Source: Escherichia phage vB_EcoM-Pr121LW
DNA length: 64,000 nucleotides
Sequence record: MH752840.1
Reading direction: 5' to 3' (one strand)
The position numbers and the translations under genes were made by a program. The notes under the pieces were generated by a model. That model did no database searches. It was not told the DNA's origin and saw nothing but the letters and a program-made list of their open reading frames with translations. Below are positions 40,041-50,485 of this stretch, one piece after another; position 1 is the first letter of the stretch; every line of letters starts with the position of its first letter.

Positions 40041-41246
40041 ATGATTTTCATCTACGAACATTTCAAAACTCGTAAAGAAGCACGCGACCGCCGTGCAGAA
40101 CTTGAGAAGAAGGGTTTCACATGTGCTATTGAGAAAGGTACTACAACATGGACACTGGCAGTAGGTGCCCCAGAGCTGTTTGATCCTGACCGAGACAGTG
40201 TCTGCTATACCCGTGAGGATTTTGAAACCCGCGAAGAGGCCCGTTTATTCCGCTACGGACTGGAAGACAACGGTAAGTACGCCATGATCTTAGATTCAGG
40301 AGAAGGTTCCGTTAAACGTTGGAGTGTGGTATACCCACTGTGCGTTGTTCACGGTGTGGGGTTCACTGGAGTAGCAATCAAGTCAGAAGAACCTTCAGTA
40401 GAAGTCAAAGATCCGGTGCTGGAGGTGGTAAGCAGTGTTTCTCAACAACAGACTCGAAGCATAGAGCCTTTAGTAGTTATTTGTGGAGAACTTCTCCAAA
40501 TCACCTGCAACGAAGGTATTTTTGAAATTCGCCGCAGTGAAAGTGAAGAAGTTTACCAGAAAGTCTTCGACCATATCTCTGTTCAGAAATATGACGAGGC
40601 AATTGGTGAAATCCTTGTCTGGTTGGAACGCAAGAATGAGTTCACTACACTTGCAGACAACCTGATTATGAAAGATGGTAAGCTCTATTACTACGGTGTA
40701 GAGATGCAATCTACCATTGCAAAGAAAATTGAGGAAGATTATGTAGATGGAACACTGGACGACCGATATGTTAAATTCCTTGTCCGTCTGCTACGCAACC
40801 CGTCTGCAAAATCTGTGAACATGCTCTACGATTTCATGCAGGCTAATGACATCCAGGTTGCAGAAGATGGTCGAATCATTTGCTATAAAGGGGTTCAGTT
40901 TAACGGAGGCAAGTGGGTGGATTGGCACAGCGGTAAAGTTCCACAATACCAGGGTGCTTTTGTATCCATGCCTCGTAACTTTGTAGAAGATGATCCGGAA
41001 GCTGCGTGTTCTTATGGCCTGCACTGCGCCAGCAAAGAGTATGCAGCTGGCTATGGCACCGTAATGATGGTTATGGTTGACCCTGCGGATGTGGTTAGTG
41101 TGCCATACCAACACAACAGTGCTAAGTGCCGTGCATGCCGCTACGAAATCGTAGCAGCACCGGAATCACGCAAAGATGGCGATCCGATTGAATACGTAGT
41201 TGACCGTGATGGTAACATCATCGACATTATCTACGAGGAGGCGTAA
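40041..41246 (+). CDS. rIIB: rIIB-like protein
   Basis: C-terminal half (RLLRNPSAKSVNMLYDFMQANDIQVAEDG..., SYGLHCASKEY, VDPADVVSVPYQHNSAKCRACRYEIV) parallels T4 rIIB as recalled from memory. Confidence 0.5.
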   Translation: MIFIYEHFKTRKEARDRRAELEKKGFTCAIEKGTTTWTLAVGAPELFDPDRDSVCYTREDFETREEARLFRYGLEDNGKYAMILDSGEGSVKRWSVVYPLCVVHGVGFTGVAIKSEEPSVEVKDPVLEVVSSVSQQQTRSIEPLVVICGELLQITCNEGIFEIRRSESEEVYQKVFDHISVQKYDEAIGEILVWLERKNEFTTLADNLIMKDGKLYYYGVEMQSTIAKKIEEDYVDGTLDDRYVKFLVRLLRNPSAKSVNMLYDFMQANDIQVAEDGRIICYKGVQFNGGKWVDWHSGKVPQYQGAFVSMPRNFVEDDPEAACSYGLHCASKEYAAGYGTVMMVMVDPADVVSVPYQHNSAKCRACRYEIVAAPESRKDGDPIEYVVDRDGNIIDIIYEEA

Positions 41247-42616
41247 TGGAAAAAGGGCAGTATGACGTAGGCACAGATGCTGCCCTCATTGCAATCATGA
41301 GCGGTGAGAATGTCTTCGTTTCAGGACCCGCAGGTTGTGGGAAGACGTATCTCATCAACATGATCCAGTCCATGTATGGAGACTCTTGCATAACGGTTGC
41401 CCCGACAGGGGTAGCCGCATTAAACGTTAATGGAGCAACAGCACACCGAACATTCGATCTTGCAGCAGGTGTGAGCATGGAGTCGGACTGGACTGCAATA
41501 AGGGCAAAAACAGCAAAGCCTTTGAAAAGCAAGGCATTTACCATCCTAATTATCGATGAAATCTCTATGATCCGTGCTGATAAGTTTATAGAGATGGATA
41601 GGAAACTCCGCTTCCTTCGAAAAAATGACAAACCTTTCGGAGGCATACAGGTCATATTGTTTGGCGATTTTTACCAAGCACCTCCTGTTGTCTCTTCTAT
41701 GGAGAAGGAAGCCTACTTCAACTTCTACCATACGGACCTGTGTTGCTATACCGAATCTTGGAAAGAGCTTGACCTCCACAACATAGCCCTAGTAGATCAG
41801 TTCCGACAGGAGTCTATTCGATTTGCCACAATGCTCAACTGTGTTCGTGAGGGTCGTCGCATAAAAGAGGTTGTAGCAGAACTTAATGCTCGTTGTTACA
41901 AAGGCGGTGTACCAACAGACGCTCTCACAATTTGCGCCACCAACAAACAAGCGGAGGAAGTGAACAGAAGGTTCTATGATGCCATCAACGCCCCAGAAAA
42001 GGTATACACTGGTGAAATGAAGGGTAAGTTTCCCTCCACCCTGCCAGTTGAGCAGGAGATGAAGTTGAAAATTGGCATGAAAGTTATGATAACCGCCAAC
42101 GATGTTGACCCGACGCACAAAGTACCTTATTATGTTAACGGAACACGTGCCACAATTGTTAAATTTAAGAACAAGGCGGTGGTGGTAGAGCTTGAAGATG
42201 GAACACAGGTTGACATAGAACAGAGGTTGTGGGAGAATAACGAGTATAAGCCATCTCAAAGATACAACATTGCAGAAAGGAAGATGGAGAAGTTTATAGA
42301 GAGGGTAGTGATTGGATCATACAAGCAACTTCCTCTGAAATCTGGGTATGCCGTAACATCTCATAAAAGTCAAGGACTTACGCTAGATTGTTACAACCTG
42401 GACCTTGGAAAGAACGGAGCTTTCTCTCCTGGGATGACGTATGTTGCTTTGAGTCGAGTTAAGACAATACAAGGGATAAACTTGTTGCGTCCACTAAGAG
42501 AAGTTGATATTATTGTTGACCCGCGAGTCGTAGAGTTTTACAATACAACATTCCCTGACTTAGACAAAATTGTCAGGAAAGATTTTGAAACCAGAGCAGA
42601 AGAGGGGGACGTATGA
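41246..42616 (+). CDS. SF1B DNA helicase (PIF1/Dda/RecD-like)
   Basis: Walker A VSGPAGCGKTYL, Walker B ILIIDEISM, C-terminal SH3-like region; 456 aa. Confidence 0.7.
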   Translation: MEKGQYDVGTDAALIAIMSGENVFVSGPAGCGKTYLINMIQSMYGDSCITVAPTGVAALNVNGATAHRTFDLAAGVSMESDWTAIRAKTAKPLKSKAFTILIIDEISMIRADKFIEMDRKLRFLRKNDKPFGGIQVILFGDFYQAPPVVSSMEKEAYFNFYHTDLCCYTESWKELDLHNIALVDQFRQESIRFATMLNCVREGRRIKEVVAELNARCYKGGVPTDALTICATNKQAEEVNRRFYDAINAPEKVYTGEMKGKFPSTLPVEQEMKLKIGMKVMITANDVDPTHKVPYYVNGTRATIVKFKNKAVVVELEDGTQVDIEQRLWENNEYKPSQRYNIAERKMEKFIERVVIGSYKQLPLKSGYAVTSHKSQGLTLDCYNLDLGKNGAFSPGMTYVALSRVKTIQGINLLRPLREVDIIVDPRVVEFYNTTFPDLDKIVRKDFETRAEEGDV

Positions 42617-42954
42617 GTTTGTGGAGAAATATAGTTAACTACGTGTGTGGCAATCCAACTCCTGAAGAGAAGGATGTTGTGATTCACGATTTTACTAAAA
42701 GATCTCGTGAAAAAGACCTGCTGCTAACAAAGGTGGTTGATAAAGATCCTGCAGTCGGGGACTGGGCAGGTTTTGCGTTTACATCGGACAAATACACCTT
42801 TAACAAAGGTGACTATCTTGTTGTAGATTTTAACGAAGACATTGAGGGTGCTGAACCTTACTATCAGACCCTTATTATTGCAGGGTGCGTTGATCTCTCT
42901 GCAGGAATGCACAGTTTGATTCTTTTTGAGCTTGACTCTGAAGACCTTCAGTAG
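42613..42954 (+). CDS. hypothetical protein
   Basis: 113-aa ORF, RBS gaggggga, start overlaps upstream stop. Confidence 0.4.
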   Translation: MSLWRNIVNYVCGNPTPEEKDVVIHDFTKRSREKDLLLTKVVDKDPAVGDWAGFAFTSDKYTFNKGDYLVVDFNEDIEGAEPYYQTLIIAGCVDLSAGMHSLILFELDSEDLQ

Positions 42955-43014
42955 TAAGATGTTAGTCTAAAGGGGAGGCACTCCTCCCCACAAAAACTAA
43001 GGAAGCACTAAACG

Positions 43015-43317
43015 ATGAAACGTTATAAACCATACACTTTTGAAATCGATTTCGAACTTGACGATATGTTTACTGTGGAAGCTCAAGCAGTTGTCCAGTT
43101 GCCAGACTCGGAGTGCCGTGACTCTGATGTTGACTATTACGGATTTAGACAAATTACCGATGTGCGTGTTTACCACAACGGTGAAGAGGTGGACTTCCAC
43201 CAACTACCAAACGATATGCGCCACTCAATTTACAAACGTGCAGCCCGTGAACTAGAGTCCTATCTGGATGCAGCGACGACAGCAGCTGCATTTGCTGAAG
43301 AAGTTGGAGGTTTCTGA
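43015..43317 (+). CDS. hypothetical protein
   Basis: 100-aa ORF, RBS aaggaag. Confidence 0.4.
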   Translation: MKRYKPYTFEIDFELDDMFTVEAQAVVQLPDSECRDSDVDYYGFRQITDVRVYHNGEEVDFHQLPNDMRHSIYKRAARELESYLDAATTAAAFAEEVGGF

Positions 43318-43712
43318 TGATTACAGGTGTAAAGATTATCCAATACCACTTAACCAAATTGGAAGATGCTGAAAAAGAGCTTGCAGAAGTTCTGAATAGT
43401 GGATATACTTTGCTATCATGCGCCTGCTCAGATACCTACGCTGTGTGGACACTTACCCGGAAGGAAGAGCCTGCATGGGTCTTGGTGCCAAACCCTAAGA
43501 TTATTAGTGAGGTGGATGACTACCCTCAGGACGGCCTGTCAGAAGACTGGGAAGTATGGGAAGGTGGTGAAAACCCTGCACCAGGTAAGTGGGTAAAATA
43601 TAAACTACGTAGTGGTGCACAGTACGCTGACTACTCTGATAACCTAGACTGGAGTCATTCTTCACTAGGATCGTCTGCAAGTTCATATGATATCGTTGCT
43701 TTTCAGGAATAA
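43317..43712 (+). CDS. hypothetical protein
   Basis: 131-aa ORF, RBS ggaggt. Confidence 0.4.
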   Translation: MITGVKIIQYHLTKLEDAEKELAEVLNSGYTLLSCACSDTYAVWTLTRKEEPAWVLVPNPKIISEVDDYPQDGLSEDWEVWEGGENPAPGKWVKYKLRSGAQYADYSDNLDWSHSSLGSSASSYDIVAFQE

Positions 43713-43724
43713 GGAGAAGGTGGT

Positions 43725-44207
43725 ATGTCAGATTTTATGTGGAAAGTTGGTTATTCCTCCCCTGAAATGTGTAAGGCCTGTTTTGTGAAAATAGGTCGCG
43801 AAGATATCGACAAAGTGATCCTTAAGTTTCGTGATGTGGCTGTGATCGGCAACCGAGTGCTTAAGCACTTAAAGAATCTGAAGCTCACCAAAAAGAAATT
43901 CTTCGGACTTTTCGAAGAGAAAGTTGATGCTTGGACCCATTGCATTCAGGAAGCTAAATCTCACTACAGTGCTATCGTTACCCCAGAACGGGTAGCCAAG
44001 ATGGAAGGACTCATCAACAGCACAGAGTTTGAGTGTCTGAAAGCTGCACTCGATAGTTATCCGAAATGCCTCAAGCACTTGGACAAGTATGTAGAAAAGG
44101 ATGGGGAAATGTATCTCACCCTGGACGCATACTATGAGATGCAAGAAATTTTAAATTTAGATTTGACATTGGTATCCACCGAGTATACAATAGGTATCCG
44201 GGTTTAA
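43725..44207 (+). CDS. hypothetical protein
   Basis: 160-aa ORF, RBS aaggagaagg; terminator follows. Confidence 0.4.
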   Translation: MSDFMWKVGYSSPEMCKACFVKIGREDIDKVILKFRDVAVIGNRVLKHLKNLKLTKKKFFGLFEEKVDAWTHCIQEAKSHYSAIVTPERVAKMEGLINSTEFECLKAALDSYPKCLKHLDKYVEKDGEMYLTLDAYYEMQEILNLDLTLVSTEYTIGIRV

Positions 44208-44213
44208 CACTAG

Positions 44214-44240
44214 GCCCTGCCCGAAAGGGTGGGGCTTTTT
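44214..44240 (+). terminator. rho-independent terminator
   Basis: gccctgcccgaaagggtggggc hairpin (with G-U pairs) followed by ttttt. Confidence 0.7.
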
Positions 44241-44258
44241 GCATTAGGAGACAGCAAA

Positions 44259-45023
44259 TTGAAATTTATCTACAAAGAACACTACCACAAAGGTGTTGTG
44301 TGGAGTCTATTTGACGGGTCTGGTGGTGCAGTCATTGACTGGGCAAAAGCTGGGTACCTGTGCCTGTGCTTTAATGCAGAAGGTGCTGATCACGGCAGTT
44401 ATGCAGAGGTGATAACCGATCATCCCAACATTCACTATGTGGATTATTGGATTGACCCATGGTTCCCTCAGGAAACTTTTTGCATGTACCCAGCTCCAGA
44501 CTTTATTCTTGCATTTCCTCCGTGCACGCATTTAGCGGTATCAGGTGCTGCACATTTTAAGAAAAAGCTGGCTAAGGACCCTATGATCCAAATTAATGCT
44601 GTAAAGGATGCTCGGGTTGCGGAAGAGCTGGGAGAGATTTACGATTGCCCGTGGCATGTAGAGAATCCTGTAGGTGTTATGTCCACACTGTGGCGCAAAC
44701 CTGATTACCGTTTTCATCCTTCTGACTATGGCGGGTATTTACCGGAGGATGATGTAAACCCTTGGTTTCCTGAATTTATAGCTCCACGCGATGCCTATCC
44801 AAAAATAACTTGCGGCTGGATAGGTAATGGATTTATAATCCCGGCCACAAAACCTGTCCCGCAAATAGTTGACGCGGTTAGCGGGTATTCCATGCAACAC
44901 GCTAAGCTAGGTGGAAAAAGTGCAAGGACGAAGATGATTCGAAGCCTCACACCCCGTGGCTGGGCAAAAGCCGTATTCTTAGCAAACGAGCCTGTAGTAA
45001 GGAGCAGAATTAATGGGAAGTAA
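44259..45023 (+). CDS. DNA cytosine-5 methyltransferase-like protein (short form)
   Basis: Motif I-like LFDGSGGAVIDWAKAG, motif IV-like FPPCTHLAVSG, motif VI-like HVENPVGV; start ambiguous (TTG 44259 after RBS aggag, or GTG 44229 inside terminator). Confidence 0.4.
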   Translation: MKFIYKEHYHKGVVWSLFDGSGGAVIDWAKAGYLCLCFNAEGADHGSYAEVITDHPNIHYVDYWIDPWFPQETFCMYPAPDFILAFPPCTHLAVSGAAHFKKKLAKDPMIQINAVKDARVAEELGEIYDCPWHVENPVGVMSTLWRKPDYRFHPSDYGGYLPEDDVNPWFPEFIAPRDAYPKITCGWIGNGFIIPATKPVPQIVDAVSGYSMQHAKLGGKSARTKMIRSLTPRGWAKAVFLANEPVVRSRINGK

Positions 45024-47091
45024 ATTTATGGCATCTGCATATAACCGTTTCGGTGAGCCAAACCCGAAAGCAACTAAGTATAAAAGTGGGGGAAGTGTGA
45101 AACGAGACTATCGTGATGAAAAAGAAGTTGAAACTGTAGAGACTGTTTTAGAAAATACTAAAATCGTCCCTGTCCCACAACAAAATATTGGTCTGATGGC
45201 TGCACAATATTTTGGTGTGCGATCAGCATTGTCCCAAGAAGACGGTGTGACAGTTACTGCAACATATTTCCCATATTACGACCGCTACGGGAATCTGTCC
45301 GGTTTCAAAAAGCGTGACTGGACGATCCCCAAAGAGCAACGTGGGCACTTTACGACGGTTGGGATCGTAAAGGCTAACTCCCAGATGTTTGGGCAAAAGC
45401 TGTGTGCATCTTCTAACAACCGTAAGCAGATTAACGTTTGTGAGGGGGAAGGCGATGTTATTGCAGCATGGCAGGCTGCATATCAGATACAAGTAAAAGG
45501 GATTCTCACCAACGCTAAAGCCCCGGCAAAGGTGAAACAGTGGGCTAAAGAGGTCCAGGACGGGATCGATGCAGTTATCAACGGGGGTGATCTGGCAGGA
45601 AAACCCTGCCTACCTTTTGTTGGAATTAACTGTGGATGTGCAAACGCAGTAGATACTTTTGCAAACAATGAGAAATTTATCCGTAGCTACGGAACAGTGG
45701 TCCTTGCAATGGACAACGATGCAGCTAACGAGGTAGAGAAGCAAAAACACGTTATCAAAGGTGTTGAAGCCACACATAATATCGCGGCATTTTTGATGGC
45801 TGATAACGTTTACCACGTGGAATACCCCAGCGAGGTAAACGATCCTGACGGTGTAAAAGATATCCGTGACATGCTGAAGGCTAAAAAGCTGGAAGATATT
45901 GTCAACATGTTCCGTCACCCAGTCAAATATGTGCCCGATGCTGTATCTGATTTAGAAGACTTCTCCATTGAATCTCTTCGTAAGAAGACTTCTAATGGCG
46001 TAGATATCAGCGCGGAGTTCCCTAAATTACAGAAGATGCTGAAAGGACTCCACAAAGGCACCTTGATGATGCTGACAGGCCCATCTGGCGGTGGTAAAAC
46101 AACTGTAGCCAAGAAACTAGAGCACTGCATTGCAAAATACTTGATGGATCCGACATGCCCTAAAGCCGATGATTATGAAGAGGATGATCGCCTGTGTCTG
46201 ATTCACCTTGAAGAGGACCCTGAGGAAGCAATTAACTCTCTGTACGCCAACCAGTTGGGGTTTGATGTTAAAGAGTTTGTTGAAGACCCTAGTCAGTTCC
46301 TGACTGATCAGGAGCATGCTGAGATTCACCAATCTTGGGCCAAGGCTGGAAAAATCAAAGTGTTCAAGCATTTTGGGTCTATTCCTGTAGATGAGTTGAT
46401 CACTAAGCTTAAACAAATGGTGTGTCTGTATCACTGCCGTTACATTGTGCTGGATCACCTGTCCATGGTAATTTCAGGGCTTAATGTTAAGGATGAGCGC
46501 AAAGAACTTGACATGGCTATGACGCAACTAGCCGCGTTCTGTAAGCAGTTTAATGTATTTATCTTGGTGATCGCTCACCTGAAACGCACAGAGATTGTGC
46601 CTCCAAAGGACAAGGATGGGAATCCGTTACCTTTCTGGTATCCTGTACGAAAAGAGAACCTTCGGGGTAGTGCCGGATTGGAGCAACTTAGCTGGGTAGT
46701 TGTTGGGGTGGAGGCAGAAGAGATGGTGGATCGTTCCCGTGGACGTGTCCGACTGGTAGGTCTTAAAAACCGCCCAGCAAAAACGTTAGGCATTGCGGAT
46801 ACCTTAGTTATGGATCCCCACACAGGTAAGTTCCATGATGCCAGCAACTGGTACTGGGACAAAGAAATGCAGATGTTCACAGACGGCGAAGGTGGGGAAG
46901 TTGTTTGGAGACCTCAAGCTATGTTTGAGGATCAAGAGCACGCAGTTGTAGAAACACCTGTAGGTAGGGTTGTGGCTGATAAGGTTGTAACTCCTACTGT
47001 TAACCCTGTTGACACACAGGAAGACCTTCCGTATGATGATCCGTCCTCTGACCCTGTTCCTGGCTTTGAAGACGATGAAACACCTTTTTAA
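45013..47091 (+). CDS. bifunctional DNA primase / DnaB-family helicase
   Basis: Toprim-like EGEGDVIAAW in N-half; Walker A MLTGPSGGGKTT and helicase motifs in C-half; 692 aa. Confidence 0.75.
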   Translation: MGSKFMASAYNRFGEPNPKATKYKSGGSVKRDYRDEKEVETVETVLENTKIVPVPQQNIGLMAAQYFGVRSALSQEDGVTVTATYFPYYDRYGNLSGFKKRDWTIPKEQRGHFTTVGIVKANSQMFGQKLCASSNNRKQINVCEGEGDVIAAWQAAYQIQVKGILTNAKAPAKVKQWAKEVQDGIDAVINGGDLAGKPCLPFVGINCGCANAVDTFANNEKFIRSYGTVVLAMDNDAANEVEKQKHVIKGVEATHNIAAFLMADNVYHVEYPSEVNDPDGVKDIRDMLKAKKLEDIVNMFRHPVKYVPDAVSDLEDFSIESLRKKTSNGVDISAEFPKLQKMLKGLHKGTLMMLTGPSGGGKTTVAKKLEHCIAKYLMDPTCPKADDYEEDDRLCLIHLEEDPEEAINSLYANQLGFDVKEFVEDPSQFLTDQEHAEIHQSWAKAGKIKVFKHFGSIPVDELITKLKQMVCLYHCRYIVLDHLSMVISGLNVKDERKELDMAMTQLAAFCKQFNVFILVIAHLKRTEIVPPKDKDGNPLPFWYPVRKENLRGSAGLEQLSWVVVGVEAEEMVDRSRGRVRLVGLKNRPAKTLGIADTLVMDPHTGKFHDASNWYWDKEMQMFTDGEGGEVVWRPQAMFEDQEHAVVETPVGRVVADKVVTPTVNPVDTQEDLPYDDPSSDPVPGFEDDETPF

Positions 47092-47149
47092 TGTTTAACC
47101 AAGAGTGGGAGGGGTAGTACAACCGCCTCCCCTTTAAGGAGAACACTTT

Positions 47150-49927
47150 ATGAGTATGTATAGCTTCGATTTTGAGGCCTCTGGGCTTTTGGAAGATCCA
47201 GACCTTTATTATCACTGCGGCCTGTTTAAAGCGTTGAATAAGAACCGTTTTATGCTGTTCCTTCCTCTGAATGACCGCACACACTACTCCGAGGAGGATA
47301 TAGAGAAGGCTAAGAACTTTATTCTGGCAAAGAAAACTCTTTATAAGGATTTTGAAGTTCGCATAGCAGATTTTTCGGAGTTGGAAGGTTGGCTTACAGG
47401 AAATTCTGACTGGTCACCAACAGCTTTGAACTGCCATAACTGCTACAGTTATGACTTTATGCTGATGGAGAGATTGTCCGGTATTCATTTTGATATGTTC
47501 CGTGACCCTAAGTGTATGGGGACTATCAACGACCACCAGGTTAATCTGTTTGATACGTTGGCGATGAGCCGAATCTTGTGGCCTGATCGCCCTTTACCAA
47601 AAGGTTGTCCGGACTCTGTATTCAACCCGGTTACTAAGAAAATGCAGCCTGTTGGTCCTCACGGACTTATGGCATGGGGCTACGCCCTTGGTAACCAGAA
47701 AGTTCAAATTGATGACTGGCGCGATCTTCCGTTGTGGAAGTATGTGGATCGTGTATTCGAGGACGTTATCATCCAGGAGCTGCTCTGGAAAGAGCTGGTA
47801 GCGGAATCAAAAGGTGTATTCTACGGCAAATCTGACATGCAGAACTTTATGTACGATCCTGCCAAAGAGAAGCCGAAAGGGTTCAAGAAGATCACCTGGA
47901 AGAACGCATTACGCCGAGGCATGCTGCAGCACTTCCTGATGGAACTGCAGGCCCGTCAGGGTGTGTATTTTGACATAGATGGAGCTATTGCTTTACGTGA
48001 CCGTTGCGATGCGTGGATGAAAGAAATCGCTGATCGTGTTGAACCTCAACTTCCTTTAAAAGAGTTATCAATATCTCAGCGGCCCAAGTTCCCTGAAAAG
48101 CCGTTTAACCAAGACGGGACAATCTCTAATAATGGTTGGAAATGGTTAAAAGATAAGCTTGGCTATCCTGTAGACATGAGCGCTTTAGATTTCAAATCCC
48201 CGCCTAAGCGAGCATTTACCTCTACAGGAGATGTCAGCAAGATGGGGATAAAATGGTGTGAAGAGATGGGCTGCAAAGACCCCGATAAGATGGCTGATTT
48301 CTTGAGAGGCTATATTAAGGGCACTTCCACACCTCACCCTTTGCCTAAAGAGCTGATGGATCAGGCAATAAGTGATCTACAGCAGAAGCGAATGCCGGAC
48401 TGCAAGATACCTATGAAAATCAGCAATCAGGACGACATTAAGCGGTATCTGATCAGTGCTGGCTGGCTACCGACAATGTGGAGAACTAAGGATGTAACTA
48501 AAGATAGCAAGAAGAAAGCTCTACCTGATGCGGATGTTGATGCACGAGTATATGCATATATGGACGAGCTTTTAGAGTCAGAGTATTGTGACCTGATTAT
48601 CAACTTCTGGAACAAAACTGATGCCAAGTTCCAGACAACTGTGCACAAGTTCCGAAGCTTTCCTAACTCTGAAAGGATTAAAAAGGAAGTATTCGGGAAA
48701 ATACGTAGAAAAGCCAGAGCACTTATTACTTCTCCGCAACTGAAAGATACGTTTGGACACCTGTGTCCGAATCTTGAAAAATTGAACGGAGAGATGGCTA
48801 AAGATATCGTCTTGTGGTTATCATTGCGAAACCGCAGATCAGTCCTTGACCCAATCAAGGAGGATAAGGTTGATACTGGTCTTCTTAATCACCCACGTTT
48901 GAAGATTGACCATAAGCTTCCTGCTAAAAGCTCTGGATTAACAAACACTTCCAGACAGAAACACAGTATTTGTGCAAACATGCCTAAACCATCCCCCAAA
49001 GTGGTTATGGGTAAAGAGATGCGCAGTCTGTGGGGTGTTCCTCCTGGATACTTTCAGATCGGTATTGACGGGTCCAACTTAGAGCAGCTTATCGGGGCTT
49101 GGGGTGCCTTTGAGTTCGACAACGGCTTGTATTATGATGTTGTAAGTAACGGGGACGCACACCAAAACAATGCTGAGGCATATACAAAAGTAGCAGGCAG
49201 AGAGGTGTCTCGTAACGACGGTAAACCTATCACGTATGGGGTTATGTACGGGGCACAAAAAGATAAAGTTGCAGATATGCTGGACATCTCTCCAGAGTTG
49301 GGACAAAGGGTAATCGATGCACTCTGGGATGCCAACCCTGGTCTCAAGGGGCGCAAAGAGGATCTGGAGAAATTCTGGGAAGCAACTGGTAAGAAGTTTA
49401 TCTACTCTTTTGATGGTCATGCTATCTGGACCAGATCTAAACACTCTTTACTTAATGCATACCAACAGAATGGTGGTGCATCGCTGTGTGACTTAGTTGG
49501 GATACTTATGCACCACCAGATGGTGAAGCGTGGGTGGTACGATGAAGGTGTTCGTCGTATTATCTATTACCATGATGAGTACCAACTTCAGGTCCCTGAC
49601 ACTCCTAAGTATAAGACTGTGTACACCTTCGACACAATTGAAGAACTGGAAGCATTTAAGGCAGAGCAGGAGGCCAAACTTCATGTGTTCGACGGTCATA
49701 AGTACAAAAAGGCACGCAAGGATGAGGACGGAAACGAAGTGGTTGACAGAGACGGAAACACGGTGTACGATCCTATCCTGAACGATGACGGAAAGCTTGA
49801 ACTTATCTGGAGCCCTGTGGGTGAAATGGTGGTGCATTGCTTCTGGCAAGCTTCTAAAATGATGGGAGTCCCGTTCCAGATCACAGGTGAATACTTGTGT
49901 GGTCGTAACTGGGGTGATTGTCACTAA
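47150..49927 (+). CDS. family A DNA polymerase with 3-prime to 5-prime exonuclease domain
   Basis: Exo I-like FDFEASG; motif A IDGSNLEQL; motif B RNDGKPITYGVMYG; motif C YYHDEYQL; 925 aa. Confidence 0.8.
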   Translation: MSMYSFDFEASGLLEDPDLYYHCGLFKALNKNRFMLFLPLNDRTHYSEEDIEKAKNFILAKKTLYKDFEVRIADFSELEGWLTGNSDWSPTALNCHNCYSYDFMLMERLSGIHFDMFRDPKCMGTINDHQVNLFDTLAMSRILWPDRPLPKGCPDSVFNPVTKKMQPVGPHGLMAWGYALGNQKVQIDDWRDLPLWKYVDRVFEDVIIQELLWKELVAESKGVFYGKSDMQNFMYDPAKEKPKGFKKITWKNALRRGMLQHFLMELQARQGVYFDIDGAIALRDRCDAWMKEIADRVEPQLPLKELSISQRPKFPEKPFNQDGTISNNGWKWLKDKLGYPVDMSALDFKSPPKRAFTSTGDVSKMGIKWCEEMGCKDPDKMADFLRGYIKGTSTPHPLPKELMDQAISDLQQKRMPDCKIPMKISNQDDIKRYLISAGWLPTMWRTKDVTKDSKKKALPDADVDARVYAYMDELLESEYCDLIINFWNKTDAKFQTTVHKFRSFPNSERIKKEVFGKIRRKARALITSPQLKDTFGHLCPNLEKLNGEMAKDIVLWLSLRNRRSVLDPIKEDKVDTGLLNHPRLKIDHKLPAKSSGLTNTSRQKHSICANMPKPSPKVVMGKEMRSLWGVPPGYFQIGIDGSNLEQLIGAWGAFEFDNGLYYDVVSNGDAHQNNAEAYTKVAGREVSRNDGKPITYGVMYGAQKDKVADMLDISPELGQRVIDALWDANPGLKGRKEDLEKFWEATGKKFIYSFDGHAIWTRSKHSLLNAYQQNGGASLCDLVGILMHHQMVKRGWYDEGVRRIIYYHDEYQLQVPDTPKYKTVYTFDTIEELEAFKAEQEAKLHVFDGHKYKKARKDEDGNEVVDRDGNTVYDPILNDDGKLELIWSPVGEMVVHCFWQASKMMGVPFQITGEYLCGRNWGDCH

Positions 49928-49976
49928 TGTAAACTATCAGCACAGGGAGGTGCTGTCAAGCAAAGAGGAAACTTTT

Positions 49977-50261
49977 ATGGTAGTAGAACCAACAAAAACA
50001 TTTACATCCATGACTATTCCTGTTATTATGCAGGTGGAGTGTGTTCAGGTATCTCAAGTGTGGCCTGGCACCAAAATCCCAACAGGGCCTGATTTCTTTC
50101 AGGTTGGGAAAGTGTACAATGTCTGGAAGGCACCAGATTGTTACCCTTTCATTAAAGATGACCGTGGGATGCTGTGGTACCTTGGAAATGACTTGACACT
50201 GCACCTTGGGAATACTATTATTGCAGTATTCAGACTTAACAAGAAGGAGACCGATCAATGA
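49977..50261 (+). CDS. small protein, paralog family member
   Basis: ATG 49977 with RBS aagagga; shares FxxGKxY ... KDDxGxxWY motif with neighbours. Confidence 0.4.
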   Translation: MVVEPTKTFTSMTIPVIMQVECVQVSQVWPGTKIPTGPDFFQVGKVYNVWKAPDCYPFIKDDRGMLWYLGNDLTLHLGNTIIAVFRLNKKETDQ

Positions 50262-50485
50262 CGACTTTGGTTAAAGCTACCTTTGTAGAAGAAAAGATGA
50301 CAGACCTGTCATTCTTTAAAGAAGGAAAGACCTACGAGGTTTATTACGATAAAGCTCGTGCAAACAAAATGATTAAAGACGAGGAAGGGGTTGCCTGGTA
50401 TATCTCTCACCTGGCAAACGGTGAGTATCATATCTACGGGACCACTTTGCTTGCCAAGTTTGTAGTTGTTGAAGAGGACCTATGA
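50258..50485 (+). CDS. small protein, paralog family member
   Basis: FFKEGKTYEVYY ... IKDEEGVAWYI. Confidence 0.4.
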   Translation: MTTLVKATFVEEKMTDLSFFKEGKTYEVYYDKARANKMIKDEEGVAWYISHLANGEYHIYGTTLLAKFVVVEEDL

